A stretch of DNA of 64,000 nt from the NCBI GenBank assembly GCA_963733295.1, contig CAVTCS010000003.1, positions 1,184,001-1,248,000 of the forward strand, read 5' to 3'. The position numbers were made by a program, and so were the translations under genes. Positions 10,650-21,050 of the stretch are shown here, in pieces. The stretch comes from Vulcanimicrobiota bacterium (GTDB taxonomy: Bacteria; Vulcanimicrobiota; Vulcanimicrobiia; Vulcanimicrobiales; Vulcanimicrobiaceae). Position 1 is the first letter of the stretch, and each line of letters starts with the position of its first letter. The notes under the pieces were generated by a model. The model was not told the DNA's origin. It did no database searches and worked only from the letters and a program-made list of their open reading frames with translations.

Positions 10650-11369
10650 CTACGGGACCATTATCTTGAGTTTTTCCGTTTCTACGACGACGACGTGCGA
10701 GGTGCGCATGTCGATCAAGCGCTCGTCCCAAAAGCGGTTCAAGGTCCGGTTGACGGTCTCGCGCGTCGTCCCGATCATGTTCGCCATCTCTTGATTCGTC
10801 AGGCGCAACGTGATGCGCGTTCCGTTGGGAACCGGCTCGCCGAAGTTCTGCATCAAGTGCAGTAAGAGCGAAGCCAAGCGTGAACGGATATCTTGCGAGG
10901 TCGTGGCCGCGATGAGCCGATTGGCCGCGCGTAAGCGGTCCGACAGCGCGATGACCAAGAGCCGGCCGATGCGCGGACTCCGGTCGAGCAGCGCAAGAAA
11001 ATCCTCGCGTTCGATGACACCGACCTCGACTTCGGTAAGGGTGCGAACGCTCGCCGCCCGGACCGACGTGTCGAAGATGCTCATCTCGCCGAAAAAATCG
11101 CGTTCCTTAAGGATGGACAGGATCGTTTCGCGGCCGTCGGGCGCGATTCGCACGACCGCCACGGAGCCGGCGAGAATCAGATAAAACGTCTGACCCGGGT
11201 CGCCTTCGCGGAAAATCGTCGCGTGTTTGGGGAAACGACGGGTTGCGATCAGCTGGGCAACTTCGAGGAGTTCGGTCTGATCGAACTCGCGAAACAGTGG
11301 AACGCTTCGCAGGGTCTCTAACCGGACGCTGCTTTGGGGTTCTTCACTTTTGCGGTTCGGTGTGATCAT
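10650..11369 (-). CDS. Crp/Fnr-family transcriptional regulator
   Basis: cNMP pocket FFGEM...RAASV and HTH LTNQEMANMIGTTRETVNR; start approximate. Confidence 0.92.
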   Translation of the reverse strand: MITPNRKSEEPQSSVRLETLRSVPLFREFDQTELLEVAQLIATRRFPKHATIFREGDPGQTFYLILAGSVAVVRIAPDGRETILSILKERDFFGEMSIFDTSVRAASVRTLTEVEVGVIEREDFLALLDRSPRIGRLLVIALSDRLRAANRLIAATTSQDIRSRLASLLLHLMQNFGEPVPNGTRITLRLTNQEMANMIGTTRETVNRTLNRFWDERLIDMRTSHVVVVETEKLKIMVP

Positions 11370-11505
11370 ACTCAGCGTTATCGGCAGGTCGTCACAGAAC
11401 ATCAGTGACGGCTCTAGTGCAATGTGACTTACGTCGCGATTGGAGAGTATGGGCGCTCCAGCCACGTGCATGTTTCCCGGACCAGGCCCCGAAGCCCCTC
11501 GACGC

Positions 11506-13326
11506 GTGACGCTGTTCGATGCGGATCCGAGGCTGGCGCTTAAGGCATACTTCGGCTTCGAGGCATTTCGTCCGCTTCAAGAAGAGATCGTCGCCGACGT
11601 GCTCGCCGGGCGGGACGCTTTCGCGCTGCTGCCCACGGGTGGAGGAAAGTCGCTCTGCTACCAGCTGCCCGCGGTGATGCGGCCGGGTCTGTCGCTGGTC
11701 GTTTCGCCGCTGATCGCTCTGATGAAGGACCAGGTCGACGCCCTGGGCACCGCCGGGATTCCCGCGACCTACTTGAGTTCCTCGCTCGAGCCCGAGGAGC
11801 TGCGGCGGCGTTCGCGACGCCTCCGGGCGGGCGACTATCGCTTGCTTTATCTCGCTCCCGAACGCCTCACACTGCCCCACCTGATGCAGGAGCTGGCAAG
11901 CTGGAACGTCGCTCGAATCGCCGTCGACGAGGCGCACTGCATCAGTGAGTGGGGTCACGACTTTCGACCCGATTACCGCCGCTTGGCCGAGCTACGAGGC
12001 AGCTTAGGAAACGTTCCCGTTCTCGCGCTGACTGCCACCGCGACCGCTCGCGTTAGACGCGATATCGTCGACCTTCTCGAGCTCCGCAATCCGCGCTGTT
12101 ACGTGGCGGGCTTCGATAGGCCAAATCTGCTCTATCGCGTCGTTCCCAAAGAGGACGCCTACCGTCGACTCGTGAGCTTCGTTCGCGAGCGCGCCCGTGA
12201 GAGTGGAATCGTCTACGTCGCAAGCCGCCGTCAAGCCGAAGCCCTGGCCGGCAGACTGCGCGACGACGGGATCGCTGCGGCACCGTACCATGCCGGCCTC
12301 GAACCGCGCGAACGCACCCGCAATCAAGACCAGTTCCTGCGCGACGACGTGCGCGTCATCTGCGCCACGATCGCATTCGGCATGGGGATCGACAAGCCCA
12401 ACGTGCGCTACGTCGTTCACTACGATCTACCGAAGAACATCGAAGGTTACTATCAGGAAACCGGGCGCGCCGGTCGCGACGGTCTCGCGGCGGAGTGCGT
12501 GCTCTTCTTCAGCGGCGGGGATGTGGCCAAACAGCTCGGCTTCATCGAAGAAAAGGAAGACGAACGCGAACGCCGTTTGGCCCTCGAACAGCTGCGCCGT
12601 CTGATCGATTACGCCGATGGCACCGCGTGCAGGCGCATCGCGCTGCTCGGGTATTTCGGCGAGACGACATCGGGAAGCTGCGGAAACTGCGATAACTGTT
12701 TGTCCCCGCGGGAGCAGTTCGACGGAACCGTGCTCGCTCAAAAGTTCATGGCTTGCGTCGTGCGCGTGCGCCAGGCGAGCGGTTTCGCCGTCGGCTTGCA
12801 TCACATCGTCGACATCTTACTCGGTCGCGAAACCGAGAAGGTGCGCAGCTGGGGACACGACCGGCTTTCGACTTACGCTCTCGGCGCGGGTCTGCCGCGC
12901 GCACAGTGGCTCTCGGTCGGGCGGGAATTGGTGCGGTTCGGGTTCCTGCGGCAAACGCCCGGCTTGCGCAGCACGCTGGAACTCACCAAAGCGGGGATCG
13001 CTGCGCTCAGCGGACGCACGACCGTCATGCTCTCCTCGGCGCCGGCCGCATTGCCCCGTTCCTCGAGCGGGATCGCCGGTGCGGACGAGCAGCTTTTCGA
13101 AGCGCTTCGCGCGCTCCGCAAGAAACTCGCCGACGAACGCGACGTCCCGGCGTACGTGATTTTCTCCGACGCGACGCTCCGCGCGATGAGTGCAACCCGG
13201 CCCGCCGATCGACGCGCGATGCGTGCCGTTCCGGGTGTCGGCGAGAAAAAGCTGGCCGACTTCGGCGAGATATTTCTGGCCGAGATCGCGGCCGCTCTCA
13301 GGGAGACCGAAGCCGCCGCGCCGTAG
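11506..13326 (+). CDS. recQ: DNA helicase RecQ
   Basis: PTGGGKS, DEAHCISEWGHDFRP, QETGRAGRDG, Zn site CGNCDNC, HRDC (VPAYVIFSDATL); start approximate. Confidence 0.96.
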   Translation: MTLFDADPRLALKAYFGFEAFRPLQEEIVADVLAGRDAFALLPTGGGKSLCYQLPAVMRPGLSLVVSPLIALMKDQVDALGTAGIPATYLSSSLEPEELRRRSRRLRAGDYRLLYLAPERLTLPHLMQELASWNVARIAVDEAHCISEWGHDFRPDYRRLAELRGSLGNVPVLALTATATARVRRDIVDLLELRNPRCYVAGFDRPNLLYRVVPKEDAYRRLVSFVRERARESGIVYVASRRQAEALAGRLRDDGIAAAPYHAGLEPRERTRNQDQFLRDDVRVICATIAFGMGIDKPNVRYVVHYDLPKNIEGYYQETGRAGRDGLAAECVLFFSGGDVAKQLGFIEEKEDERERRLALEQLRRLIDYADGTACRRIALLGYFGETTSGSCGNCDNCLSPREQFDGTVLAQKFMACVVRVRQASGFAVGLHHIVDILLGRETEKVRSWGHDRLSTYALGAGLPRAQWLSVGRELVRFGFLRQTPGLRSTLELTKAGIAALSGRTTVMLSSAPAALPRSSSGIAGADEQLFEALRALRKKLADERDVPAYVIFSDATLRAMSATRPADRRAMRAVPGVGEKKLADFGEIFLAEIAAALRETEAAAP

Positions 13327-13335
13327 CGGTCGGCG

Positions 13336-14127
13336 ATGGACACCTACCGCGCATCCGACGGCGCCCCCCTTGCGTACGAGGAACGCGGTCCAGCCGACGG
13401 GATTCCGCTGCTCTTCCTGCACGGCTGGCGCGCCGACCACACCATCTGGAATCCGCTCATCGAGGCGCTCGCCGAGCATCATCGCACGATCGCCGTTGAC
13501 CTGCGTGGTTCCGGCGCGTCGCAGCGGGCTCCGGGTCCTTATACGATCGAAGCTTTCTCCAACGACCTCGCCGATCTCATCCAGGCCGTCGACTTGGATC
13601 CGGTCGTCACCGTTTCGCACTCCATGGGAGGCGCGCTCGCGCAGCGCTTCGCAATCGACTACCCCGAGGCCGTGGAAGGTCAAGTCCTGATCGCGCCCGT
13701 TCCGGCATCCGGGCCGCATTTCAAGCCCTCACTCGAAGCTTTCTTGCGCAGCACCGTGGGCGACCCCGAGAAGACGGCGATCTGGCTCGAGCGTCTTACG
13801 TACGGCGAACCCGATCTCGAAACGCGTGCGATGCTCGCCTCCGCGGCCGGTTCCGTCCCACCTGAAGTCGCCGTGCCGATGCTGGAGGCTTGGCTGCGAC
13901 TCGATTTCGCCGGCGATGCCGCAACGATCGAAACGCCGACCCTCGTCATCGTGCCCGAGCACGATCCGCCGATGACGCCTTCGTTCATCCGCGAGCACGT
14001 GGTCGACGTCATCGCCGGAAGCCGCCTCGAGATCGTCGCCGGCGCAGGACATTACGTTCCCGTCGAGCGCGCCGGAGAGCTCGCAGCCCTTATCGAGCGC
14101 TTTCTCGACGAATTGGCGGTGATATGA
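13336..14127 (+). CDS. Alpha/beta hydrolase
   Basis: LHGW, DLRGSG, HSMGG nucleophile elbow, GAGHY. Confidence 0.9.
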   Translation: MDTYRASDGAPLAYEERGPADGIPLLFLHGWRADHTIWNPLIEALAEHHRTIAVDLRGSGASQRAPGPYTIEAFSNDLADLIQAVDLDPVVTVSHSMGGALAQRFAIDYPEAVEGQVLIAPVPASGPHFKPSLEAFLRSTVGDPEKTAIWLERLTYGEPDLETRAMLASAAGSVPPEVAVPMLEAWLRLDFAGDAATIETPTLVIVPEHDPPMTPSFIREHVVDVIAGSRLEIVAGAGHYVPVERAGELAALIERFLDELAVI

Positions 14128-14642
14128 ACGGCAATCCAACCGGACAACCGTTCTTATTCACGCTCGCGCTCGTCGCGATCGTCGTCGTACGTTTCTTGCT
14201 TCGCGAGCTCCGCGTGCGAAGGATGGCGACAAACCGCCTTTTTGTACTCCCCGCCATCTTCGCACTCTTGGTCGTCTTTTTCTTCGTGCTGACGCTCCAG
14301 CAAGATCCCTCTCAAGCCTTCGCGCTGACGGTCGGTTCGCTCGCGGCGGTCGTCGCCGGCGGCGCTATCGGCCTCGCGGTCGCACGCTTCACGAGCGTGA
14401 AAGTTGCATCCGAGCGCGGGGTCGTCTTCGTCCGCGGCTCGGCGGCGACCGTCGCGATCTGGATCGGCGCGCTTCTGCTCCGCCTCGTGCCGCGCTTCAT
14501 TCTCATGACGTCGCAGCACACTCCCGGCACCACGCTCATGCTCAACGCGGTCTTGCTGGTGATGCTAACCGTCGCGATCTTTACGGTGCGTTTCCAGATC
14601 CTCCGCCGGGCAAACCTAGAACCGGTCGGCCAGAGCGCCTAA
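14124..14642 (+). CDS. Membrane protein (CcdC/DUF1453-like)
   Basis: About 5 hydrophobic segments; ATGA coupling to the upstream hydrolase. Confidence 0.65.
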   Translation: MNGNPTGQPFLFTLALVAIVVVRFLLRELRVRRMATNRLFVLPAIFALLVVFFFVLTLQQDPSQAFALTVGSLAAVVAGGAIGLAVARFTSVKVASERGVVFVRGSAATVAIWIGALLLRLVPRFILMTSQHTPGTTLMLNAVLLVMLTVAIFTVRFQILRRANLEPVGQSA

Positions 14643-15791
14643 GTCTCGCGCGCTCGAAGCGGCTGCAAAGATGTCGATGAACGGCATCGCCGCCTGCATC
14701 CCGCGCGCGCTTGGCGCGTAGCCGGGGCTTCCTGCGTGGGGATTGAGCCACACGATTCCCGCCGAGCGCCGGCTGATTTCGCGCAGCGCGCGACGCAGCG
14801 CGCCGATCTCGTCGACGTCGAGCCCGTCGCTGAAGATCAGGACGAACGTCTCTTTGGTGAGCAGCCGCGCGCCGTCGCGCCGCAAGAATTCTTGCAAGCA
14901 GGCACCGATGCGAGTACCACCTCCCCACGCGTCGCGCAGATCCGCCGCTCGCAGCGTTGCGTGACCAGGCCGGCGAAACTCCCGGCTGACGTCGCGCAAT
15001 CCGGTGCTGAACACGAAGGTTGCGCAGCGCCGAGTGCTTCGGTTGAGAGCGCGCGCGAACTCGAGCATCGGCGCCACGGAATCGGTCATCGAGCCGCTTC
15101 CGTCGATGAGCACGACGAAGCGCGGGTTGCGCTGCGGATGACCGAGCCGGTGCAAGACGAGCGGATCGCCGGCGGTTCGAACGCTGCCGCGCAAGGTTCT
15201 GCGTGCGTCAAAGCGCGCCCCAGCCTTTTGCGGCGCCCAACGGCGCGAACGGCCGCGTCGAATTCGGGTGACGAGCCGGCGGGCGGCTTCGAGCATCCGC
15301 TCTACCCCCTCGGGCGAAATATCAGGCGCTCGGGCAGCTGCGGGGGCCGCACTGTAACGCTGCCGTAACGCGAATCGGTTGCCGGCCGTCGTGTCGACAT
15401 CTTCCACCGGGCGTCGCTCGCGCGGCGCCGCCGAGCCCTGCTCTTGATCTTCGGGGGCGGCCTCCCTCGGTTCGGCGCGCTGCGCCGTACCCGGAGCCGG
15501 ACCCGGCGGATCGGGCCGCGTGTGGCGCTCCGCGCGGCGCGGCTGTGCGAGCCCGCGACTCGTCCGGAAGAACGCATCGAAGGCTCGCTCGAACGATTCG
15601 AACTCTTCCACCTTTCCGCAGAAAACCGCGCGAAAGGCACGGCGCACTCGCTCCGAGTCGGAAACGCCCACCGTCTCGAGCGCCCGCAGGGCATCGCGCG
15701 CATGCTCGTGACCGACGCTTAAGCCGTACACTGCGCGGAGCGACGTAGCAAACGCCGTAACGTTCGAACCGAGCGTCGCCGGTGAGCTCAT
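14616..15791 (-). CDS. coxE: CoxE-like VWA-domain protein
   Basis: MIDAS DGSGSM, WGGGTRIG, FSDGLD, VWLNP; last gene of the cox run. Confidence 0.9.
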   Translation of the reverse strand: MSSPATLGSNVTAFATSLRAVYGLSVGHEHARDALRALETVGVSDSERVRRAFRAVFCGKVEEFESFERAFDAFFRTSRGLAQPRRAERHTRPDPPGPAPGTAQRAEPREAAPEDQEQGSAAPRERRPVEDVDTTAGNRFALRQRYSAAPAAARAPDISPEGVERMLEAARRLVTRIRRGRSRRWAPQKAGARFDARRTLRGSVRTAGDPLVLHRLGHPQRNPRFVVLIDGSGSMTDSVAPMLEFARALNRSTRRCATFVFSTGLRDVSREFRRPGHATLRAADLRDAWGGGTRIGACLQEFLRRDGARLLTKETFVLIFSDGLDVDEIGALRRALREISRRSAGIVWLNPHAGSPGYAPSARGMQAAMPFIDIFAAASSARDLGALADRF

Positions 15792-15792
15792 C

Positions 15793-16731
15793 TCAGCCGC
15801 GGCGCGCCTCTACCGAGCCGAGCCCAAAGTCGCCTTCCGGCGCGGGAGGCGCGGCGTTCGCATCGTGGTTCAAGAGCGGCAAATAGCGCGCACGCTGAGC
15901 GCGCAAAAGCTCCCAATCTTCTTGGACCTTGAGCACGCAGCCTAAGGTGCGATCGAGGGTCGTCTCGTCGAGCGCGTCGTGGTGCAGGCGCGTCAACGCC
16001 AGAGCCCAATCCAGGCTCTCCGCGACGCCCGGAACCTTCGAGAACGGCTGCTCGCGCAAAAACTCGACGAAGCGCGCGATCTGTCGCGCGAGACGTCCGT
16101 CGATTCCCGGCAGACGCCGTTCGAGTATCGCCACCTCTTCAGCGAAGCTTGGATATCCGAGCCAGAGATAAAGGCAGCGCCGCCGGAGCGCGTCCGAAAG
16201 GTCGCGGGAGCGATTCGAGGTCAGGATCACCGCCGGACGCTGCCGTGCACGGATCGTCCCGAGCTCCGGAATCGTCACCTGGAATTCACCCAGAATCTCG
16301 AGCAGAAAGGCTTCGAAGGCCTCATCCGCACGATCCACTTCGTCGACGAGCAGCACCGGCGCGCGCTCTTGCGTGATCGCTTCCAGCAACGGCCGCCGCA
16401 ACAGAAACGGTTCGCTGAAGATCTCGGCCTCGCGCGCTTCGGTCGAACTTCCGTCGTTCTCAGTCAGACGAATGCGCAAGAGTTGCTTCGGGTAGTTCCA
16501 CTCGTAGAGCGCGTTTTGGGCATCGAGTCCTTCGTAGCACTGCAGGCGGATCAGTTTGGTCTGCAGGACGTCGGCTAAGACTTTCGCGCTCTCGGTCTTT
16601 CCGACGCCGGCCGGCCCTTCGATGAGCAGAGGTTTCTCGAGCGCGAGCACGAGCTCCAGCGCCGTCGTGAAGTCATCGTTTGCGACGTAGCCGCGCTGCG
16701 CGAATTGCTCGCGCAGCTCATCGGCGGTCAT
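15793..16731 (-). CDS. coxD: CoxD MoxR-family AAA+ ATPase
   Basis: EGPAGVGKT, RLQCYEGLD, LYEWNY, DEVDRAD, LSDALRRRC; ATG at 16731. Confidence 0.92.
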   Translation of the reverse strand: MTADELREQFAQRGYVANDDFTTALELVLALEKPLLIEGPAGVGKTESAKVLADVLQTKLIRLQCYEGLDAQNALYEWNYPKQLLRIRLTENDGSSTEAREAEIFSEPFLLRRPLLEAITQERAPVLLVDEVDRADEAFEAFLLEILGEFQVTIPELGTIRARQRPAVILTSNRSRDLSDALRRRCLYLWLGYPSFAEEVAILERRLPGIDGRLARQIARFVEFLREQPFSKVPGVAESLDWALALTRLHHDALDETTLDRTLGCVLKVQEDWELLRAQRARYLPLLNHDANAAPPAPEGDFGLGSVEARRG

Positions 16732-17740
16732 GTCCGTTCGAGCGCGGCCAAATGGCGCTGCGGTTCGGATGCAAAACGGCGCAAGCAGCCGTCGCAGCAA
16801 AAGTAGTACGTGACGCCCGCGTGCTCGAGCTTCGGTGACTCACCGCCCGGCTCGACCCGCATGCCGCAGATCGGGTCGACGACCGTCTCGGGTCCGGCTG
16901 TCGCGGCAGGGTTTTCCTCGACCTCCGCCTCGCGCGGCGCGAGCGAGACGATCTCGGCCAAGATCGAGAGCGCGATCTCAGCCGGCCCTGCGCACCGATA
17001 TCGAGACCGATCGGATTGCGAATCTGCAGCAACCGTTCTAAACCGACGCCGGACTGCGTCAAGCTCCCGCGTAAGGCGTCCATGCGTTTGCGACTCGCCA
17101 AAACGCCGAGATATCCAAGCGGTATGGCCAGCAACCGCTCCAGAGCGCTCTCGTCGTAGTGTCCTTGCGAGGCCACGACCGCTGCGATTCGCGCCGCGTC
17201 GCTTCCTTCGCGTTCGAGAAACGAGCCGAGTTCGTCGAGCGCGAAGATTTCAACCTCCGGCTCGGCTTTCAACTGCGCGACTTCCTTCGCGAGGACGAAA
17301 CGCGTGACGCGATAGTCGAGCGACGCGCCGACGCGCGCGACCGCCTCGGCCACCGGTGTGAAGCCGACGACGATCAAGCGGCGCCGCGGAAGATGCGGCT
17401 CGATGTAGATTTCGATCGCCCCCTCCGAAGCGCAGCCCATCGGCACGACGACCCGGTCGATGCCGTCCTCGCCGGCCGCCCGTTCGGTGGCGAAACCGGG
17501 ACGAATCGAAAGAAGTTGCGAGCGTCCCCGCCGCAGCGCGCCCAGAGCCCACGTCAACACGATGTCGCGCGCGCAGGCGCCCCCGACGTAACCTTCCATC
17601 CGGCCGTCGGCGAAGACGATGGCGCGATCTCCGAGCGTCGCGCTGACCGGTGCCCGCCGGCCGACGACGGTCGCGAGTGCGAACGCTTGTCCGGAACGTT
17701 CGAGTTCTGCCAGCCGGTCGAAGTCGCGCGCGTTCGCCAT
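16728..17740 (-). pseudogene. XdhC/CoxF-family Mo-enzyme maturation protein with C-terminal YHS domain, frameshifted at about 16984 (real lesion or sequencing error)
   Basis: N-terminal frame ends ...IGLDIGAQG; a second frame continues AEIALSILAEIV...DPICGM...YYFCCDGC; adding one base restores GLDIGAQGPAEIALSI. Confidence 0.85.
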
Positions 17741-17745
17741 TCCGT

Positions 17746-18198
17746 CTATCCCGCCGCGCTCAACTTTGACTTCACGTTTGCGAAAGTCTGGCTTATGACG
17801 CGTTGGGCCTGGCTATCGATGACGCGCCCGCCGACCGTCGCGACCGGGCCGCGCATGTTCGCGGTCGCGCTCCAATCCAGAGTCGTGGTCGAGTCGCCGT
17901 TGTCTTTCACCTCGGCAGCCGCCAGCAAGTCGACCACGCTCCCAAAACCCCCACCGCTGATCTTCATGTTCATGTGGTTCCCGTCGGGCTGCGGATCGAG
18001 CGAGATCTTGAACGTAAATTTGCCGCGCACCGGGCCCACGGCAACGCCGACCGTGGCGTCGAAGTTGTGCTGGTCCCGGATATTCGAGGAGAGCACGTCC
18101 GGAACGCAGGTCGCGATCTTGCTCGGATCGTTGATGAAGGCCCAGACCTTGTCTTTGGAAACCGGCACGACTTCCTGACCTTTGTATTCGAGGTTCAT
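17746..18198 (-). CDS. coxG: CoxG (SRPBCC-fold) protein
   Basis: VWAFINDPSKIATCVP...VGPVRGKF...GPVATVGGRVI; ATGA overlap with the coxL stop. Confidence 0.88.
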   Translation of the reverse strand: MNLEYKGQEVVPVSKDKVWAFINDPSKIATCVPDVLSSNIRDQHNFDATVGVAVGPVRGKFTFKISLDPQPDGNHMNMKISGGGFGSVVDLLAAAEVKDNGDSTTTLDWSATANMRGPVATVGGRVIDSQAQRVISQTFANVKSKLSAAG

Positions 18199-20549
18199 GC
18201 CTTCGCGTTGTGGATCGCCGTCCAGACCTTCGAACGCGAGAGCGGCATGTCGAGGTGCGTGATGCCGAGCGGTGCCAGCGCGTCCATCACCGCGTTGACG
18301 AACGCCGCCGGCGAACCGACGTTGGGGCTCTCGCCGACTCCCTTGGCGCCGATCGGATGATGCGGGCTCGGCGTAACGGTGCTGCCGGTCTCCCACTTCG
18401 GCGTCTCCAGCGCCGTCGGGACGAGATAGTCGGTGAAATTCGTGTTGAGGTTGTTCCCACTTTCGTCGTAGACGATCTCCTGCATAAAGGCGATCGCAAA
18501 ACCTTCGGTAAGGCCGCCGTGGACTTGCCCTTCGACGATCATCGGATTGATGACGGTGCCGCAGTCGTCGACTGCGAGGAAGCGGCGCACGTGCGTTTCG
18601 CCGGTCTCCTTGTCGACGTCGACGACCGCGATGTACGCGCCGTGCGGAAACGTTAAGTTGGGCGGATCGTAGTAGTAGACCGCTTCGAGACCCGCTTCCG
18701 ACCCGGGAACGGGGTTCGTGTATGCAGCGAAGGCGATCTCTTTCATCGTGATCGATTTGCCGGGCACGCCTTTGACTTGGAACTTGTAGTCTTTCCATTC
18801 GACGTCGGCTTCGGCCGCCTCGAGCACGTGAGCGGCGATCTTGTGCGCCTTCTCGCGCACGCGGCGAGCCGCCATCGCCAACGCCGCTCCGGCGACCGGC
18901 GTGCTGCGGCTTGCGTAGGTGCCCAACCCGTAAGGCGCGGTGTCCGTATCGCCTTCTTCGACCAAGAGCGTTTGCGGATCGAGGCCGAGTTCTTCCGCGA
19001 CGATCTGCGCCCAGGTCGTCTCGTGACCTTGGCCTTGCGATTTCGTACCGGTGCGCACGATGCCCGAGCCCGTTGGGTGGATACGGATCTCTGCGCTATC
19101 GAACATTTTGATGCCCATGATATCGAAATGCTTGGCGGGTCCGGCTCCGACCGCTTCGGTAAACGTCGAGATGCCGATCCCCATCAGCTCGCCGCGCGCG
19201 CGTTTCTCGGCCTGCTCGCGCCGCAACTCGGTGTAACCCACCGTATCGAGCGCCTTCTGCAACGTCTTATGATAGTCGCCGCTATCGTAGATGAAGCCCA
19301 GTTGCGAAGGATACGGAAACTGCTCTTTCTTTACGAAGTTCTTCATGCGAAGATCGGCCGGATCGAGCTTGAGCTCGCGTGCCAGCATCTCCATGCCGCG
19401 CTCGATCGCAAACGAGGCTTCGGTGACTCGGAACGAGCAGCGGTAGGCGATGCCGCCGGGCGCTTTGTTCGTGAAGTACGCATCCAGCTCGGTGAACGCG
19501 GTCGGAAAATCGTACGAGCCCGTCACGATGCCGAACAAGCCGGCCGGATATTTCGTCGGGTCCGCCGCGGCGTCGAAAGCGCCGTGGTCGGCGACGGTCA
19601 CGACCTTGAGCGCGGTGACCTTGCCGTCTTTCGTCGCGCCGATTTCGACGTCCATGTGGTAGTCGCGTGCGAAACCCGTGGTCGTGAGGTTCTCGGTTCG
19701 CGTCTCGATCCACTTGACGGGCACGCCGAGCACGACCGATGCCACCGCCGCAACGACGTAGCCCGGATACACCGGAACCTTGTTGCCGAACCCGCCGCCA
19801 AGATCCGGCGAAACGACGTGGATCTTGTCTTCGGGTATTCCCGTGACGAGCGAGACGACGGTGCGGTGTGCGTGCGGCGCTTGCGAGGTGATGTACAGCG
19901 TCAGCCGCCCCGTCGCGGGATTCATGTCGGCGATGACCCCGCACGGTTCGAGCGGCGCCGGATGGCAGCGCTGGAAGACGATGCGCTCTTTGATACGAAC
20001 TTCGGCTGAGGCGAGCGCCGCATCGGTTTCCGCGCGGTGGCCGACTTCCCAATGGTAAATGTGGTTCGTTTTGTTCTCGCGGTCGTCGCGCAGAATCGTC
20101 TTGTCCGTCTTGGATACGAACGGATCCACGACCGGTTCGAGCGGCTCGTATTCGACATCCACGAGCTCGGCGGCGTCGACGGCGGCTTCACGCGTGGTGG
20201 CGACGACGCCCGCGACCTCTTGGTATTGATAGAGAACTTTGCCGACGGCGAGAACCATCTGCTTGTCGTATCCGTGAAAGGTCGGAATCCAGGCGAGTCC
20301 CGCCCCGGCCAGGTCCTCGGCCGTCAACACGGCTTTCACGCCGGGGACGGCCAGCGCTGCGGTTTTGTCGATCTTCACGATGCGCGCGTGCGGGTACGGG
20401 CTGTGCACGAGCGCCATGTAGAGCATGTTCGGAAGCACGATGTCGTCGACGAAGCGGCCCCTGCCTTGAATGAGGCGCGGGTCCTCTTTGCGCTTCATCG
20501 ATACGCCGAGCGCGTGGCGTTCTTGCGGGACTTCCGGTGCGATCGCCAT
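18195..20549 (-). CDS. coxL: Aerobic CO dehydrogenase large subunit, form I
   Basis: Active-site motif AYRCSFR; GGGFGNK, QGQGHET, GAKGVGE. Confidence 0.95.
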   Translation of the reverse strand: MAIAPEVPQERHALGVSMKRKEDPRLIQGRGRFVDDIVLPNMLYMALVHSPYPHARIVKIDKTAALAVPGVKAVLTAEDLAGAGLAWIPTFHGYDKQMVLAVGKVLYQYQEVAGVVATTREAAVDAAELVDVEYEPLEPVVDPFVSKTDKTILRDDRENKTNHIYHWEVGHRAETDAALASAEVRIKERIVFQRCHPAPLEPCGVIADMNPATGRLTLYITSQAPHAHRTVVSLVTGIPEDKIHVVSPDLGGGFGNKVPVYPGYVVAAVASVVLGVPVKWIETRTENLTTTGFARDYHMDVEIGATKDGKVTALKVVTVADHGAFDAAADPTKYPAGLFGIVTGSYDFPTAFTELDAYFTNKAPGGIAYRCSFRVTEASFAIERGMEMLARELKLDPADLRMKNFVKKEQFPYPSQLGFIYDSGDYHKTLQKALDTVGYTELRREQAEKRARGELMGIGISTFTEAVGAGPAKHFDIMGIKMFDSAEIRIHPTGSGIVRTGTKSQGQGHETTWAQIVAEELGLDPQTLLVEEGDTDTAPYGLGTYASRSTPVAGAALAMAARRVREKAHKIAAHVLEAAEADVEWKDYKFQVKGVPGKSITMKEIAFAAYTNPVPGSEAGLEAVYYYDPPNLTFPHGAYIAVVDVDKETGETHVRRFLAVDDCGTVINPMIVEGQVHGGLTEGFAIAFMQEIVYDESGNNLNTNFTDYLVPTALETPKWETGSTVTPSPHHPIGAKGVGESPNVGSPAAFVNAVMDALAPLGITHLDMPLSRSKVWTAIHNAKA

Positions 20550-20561
20550 TCCTGGACTCTC

Positions 20562-21050
20562 CTACGAAGCGACGGGTTCGGCTTCGGCGGACATCTCCGC
20601 CGCGGCCTGTTGCACTGCTTTGACGATATTGTTGTATCCGGTGCAGCGGCACAGGTTGCCGGCGATTCCCTCGCGGATTTCTTGCTCGCTCGGGTTCGGA
20701 TTGTGCTCGAGCAGCACCGAGGCAGTCATCAGCATGCCGGGAGTACAGTAGCCGCACTGCAAGCCGTGAGCGTCCCAAAACGCTTGCTGGAGCGGGTGAA
20801 GCTTTCCGCCCTTCGCGAGGCCCTCGACGGTCGTGATCTCATGGCCGTCGGCCATCACTGCGAACATCGTGCACGACTTGACGGCTTGCTTACCGTCCAA
20901 GGCGACGACGCAGACGCCGCAGCTCGAGGAGTCGCAGCCGACGTGCGTGCCGGTAAGCCCGAGCTCCTCGCGCAAAAAATACGCGAGCAGCGTTCGCGGT
21001 TCGACGTCCCTTTCATAGGCCGTGCCGTTGACGGTGACGTTGATCTTCAC
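20562..21050 (-). CDS. coxS: CO dehydrogenase small (2Fe-2S) subunit
   Basis: [27 protein letters not shown]. Confidence 0.95.
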   Translation of the reverse strand: MKINVTVNGTAYERDVEPRTLLAYFLREELGLTGTHVGCDSSSCGVCVVALDGKQAVKSCTMFAVMADGHEITTVEGLAKGGKLHPLQQAFWDAHGLQCGYCTPGMLMTASVLLEHNPNPSEQEIREGIAGNLCRCTGYNNIVKAVQQAAAEMSAEAEPVAS

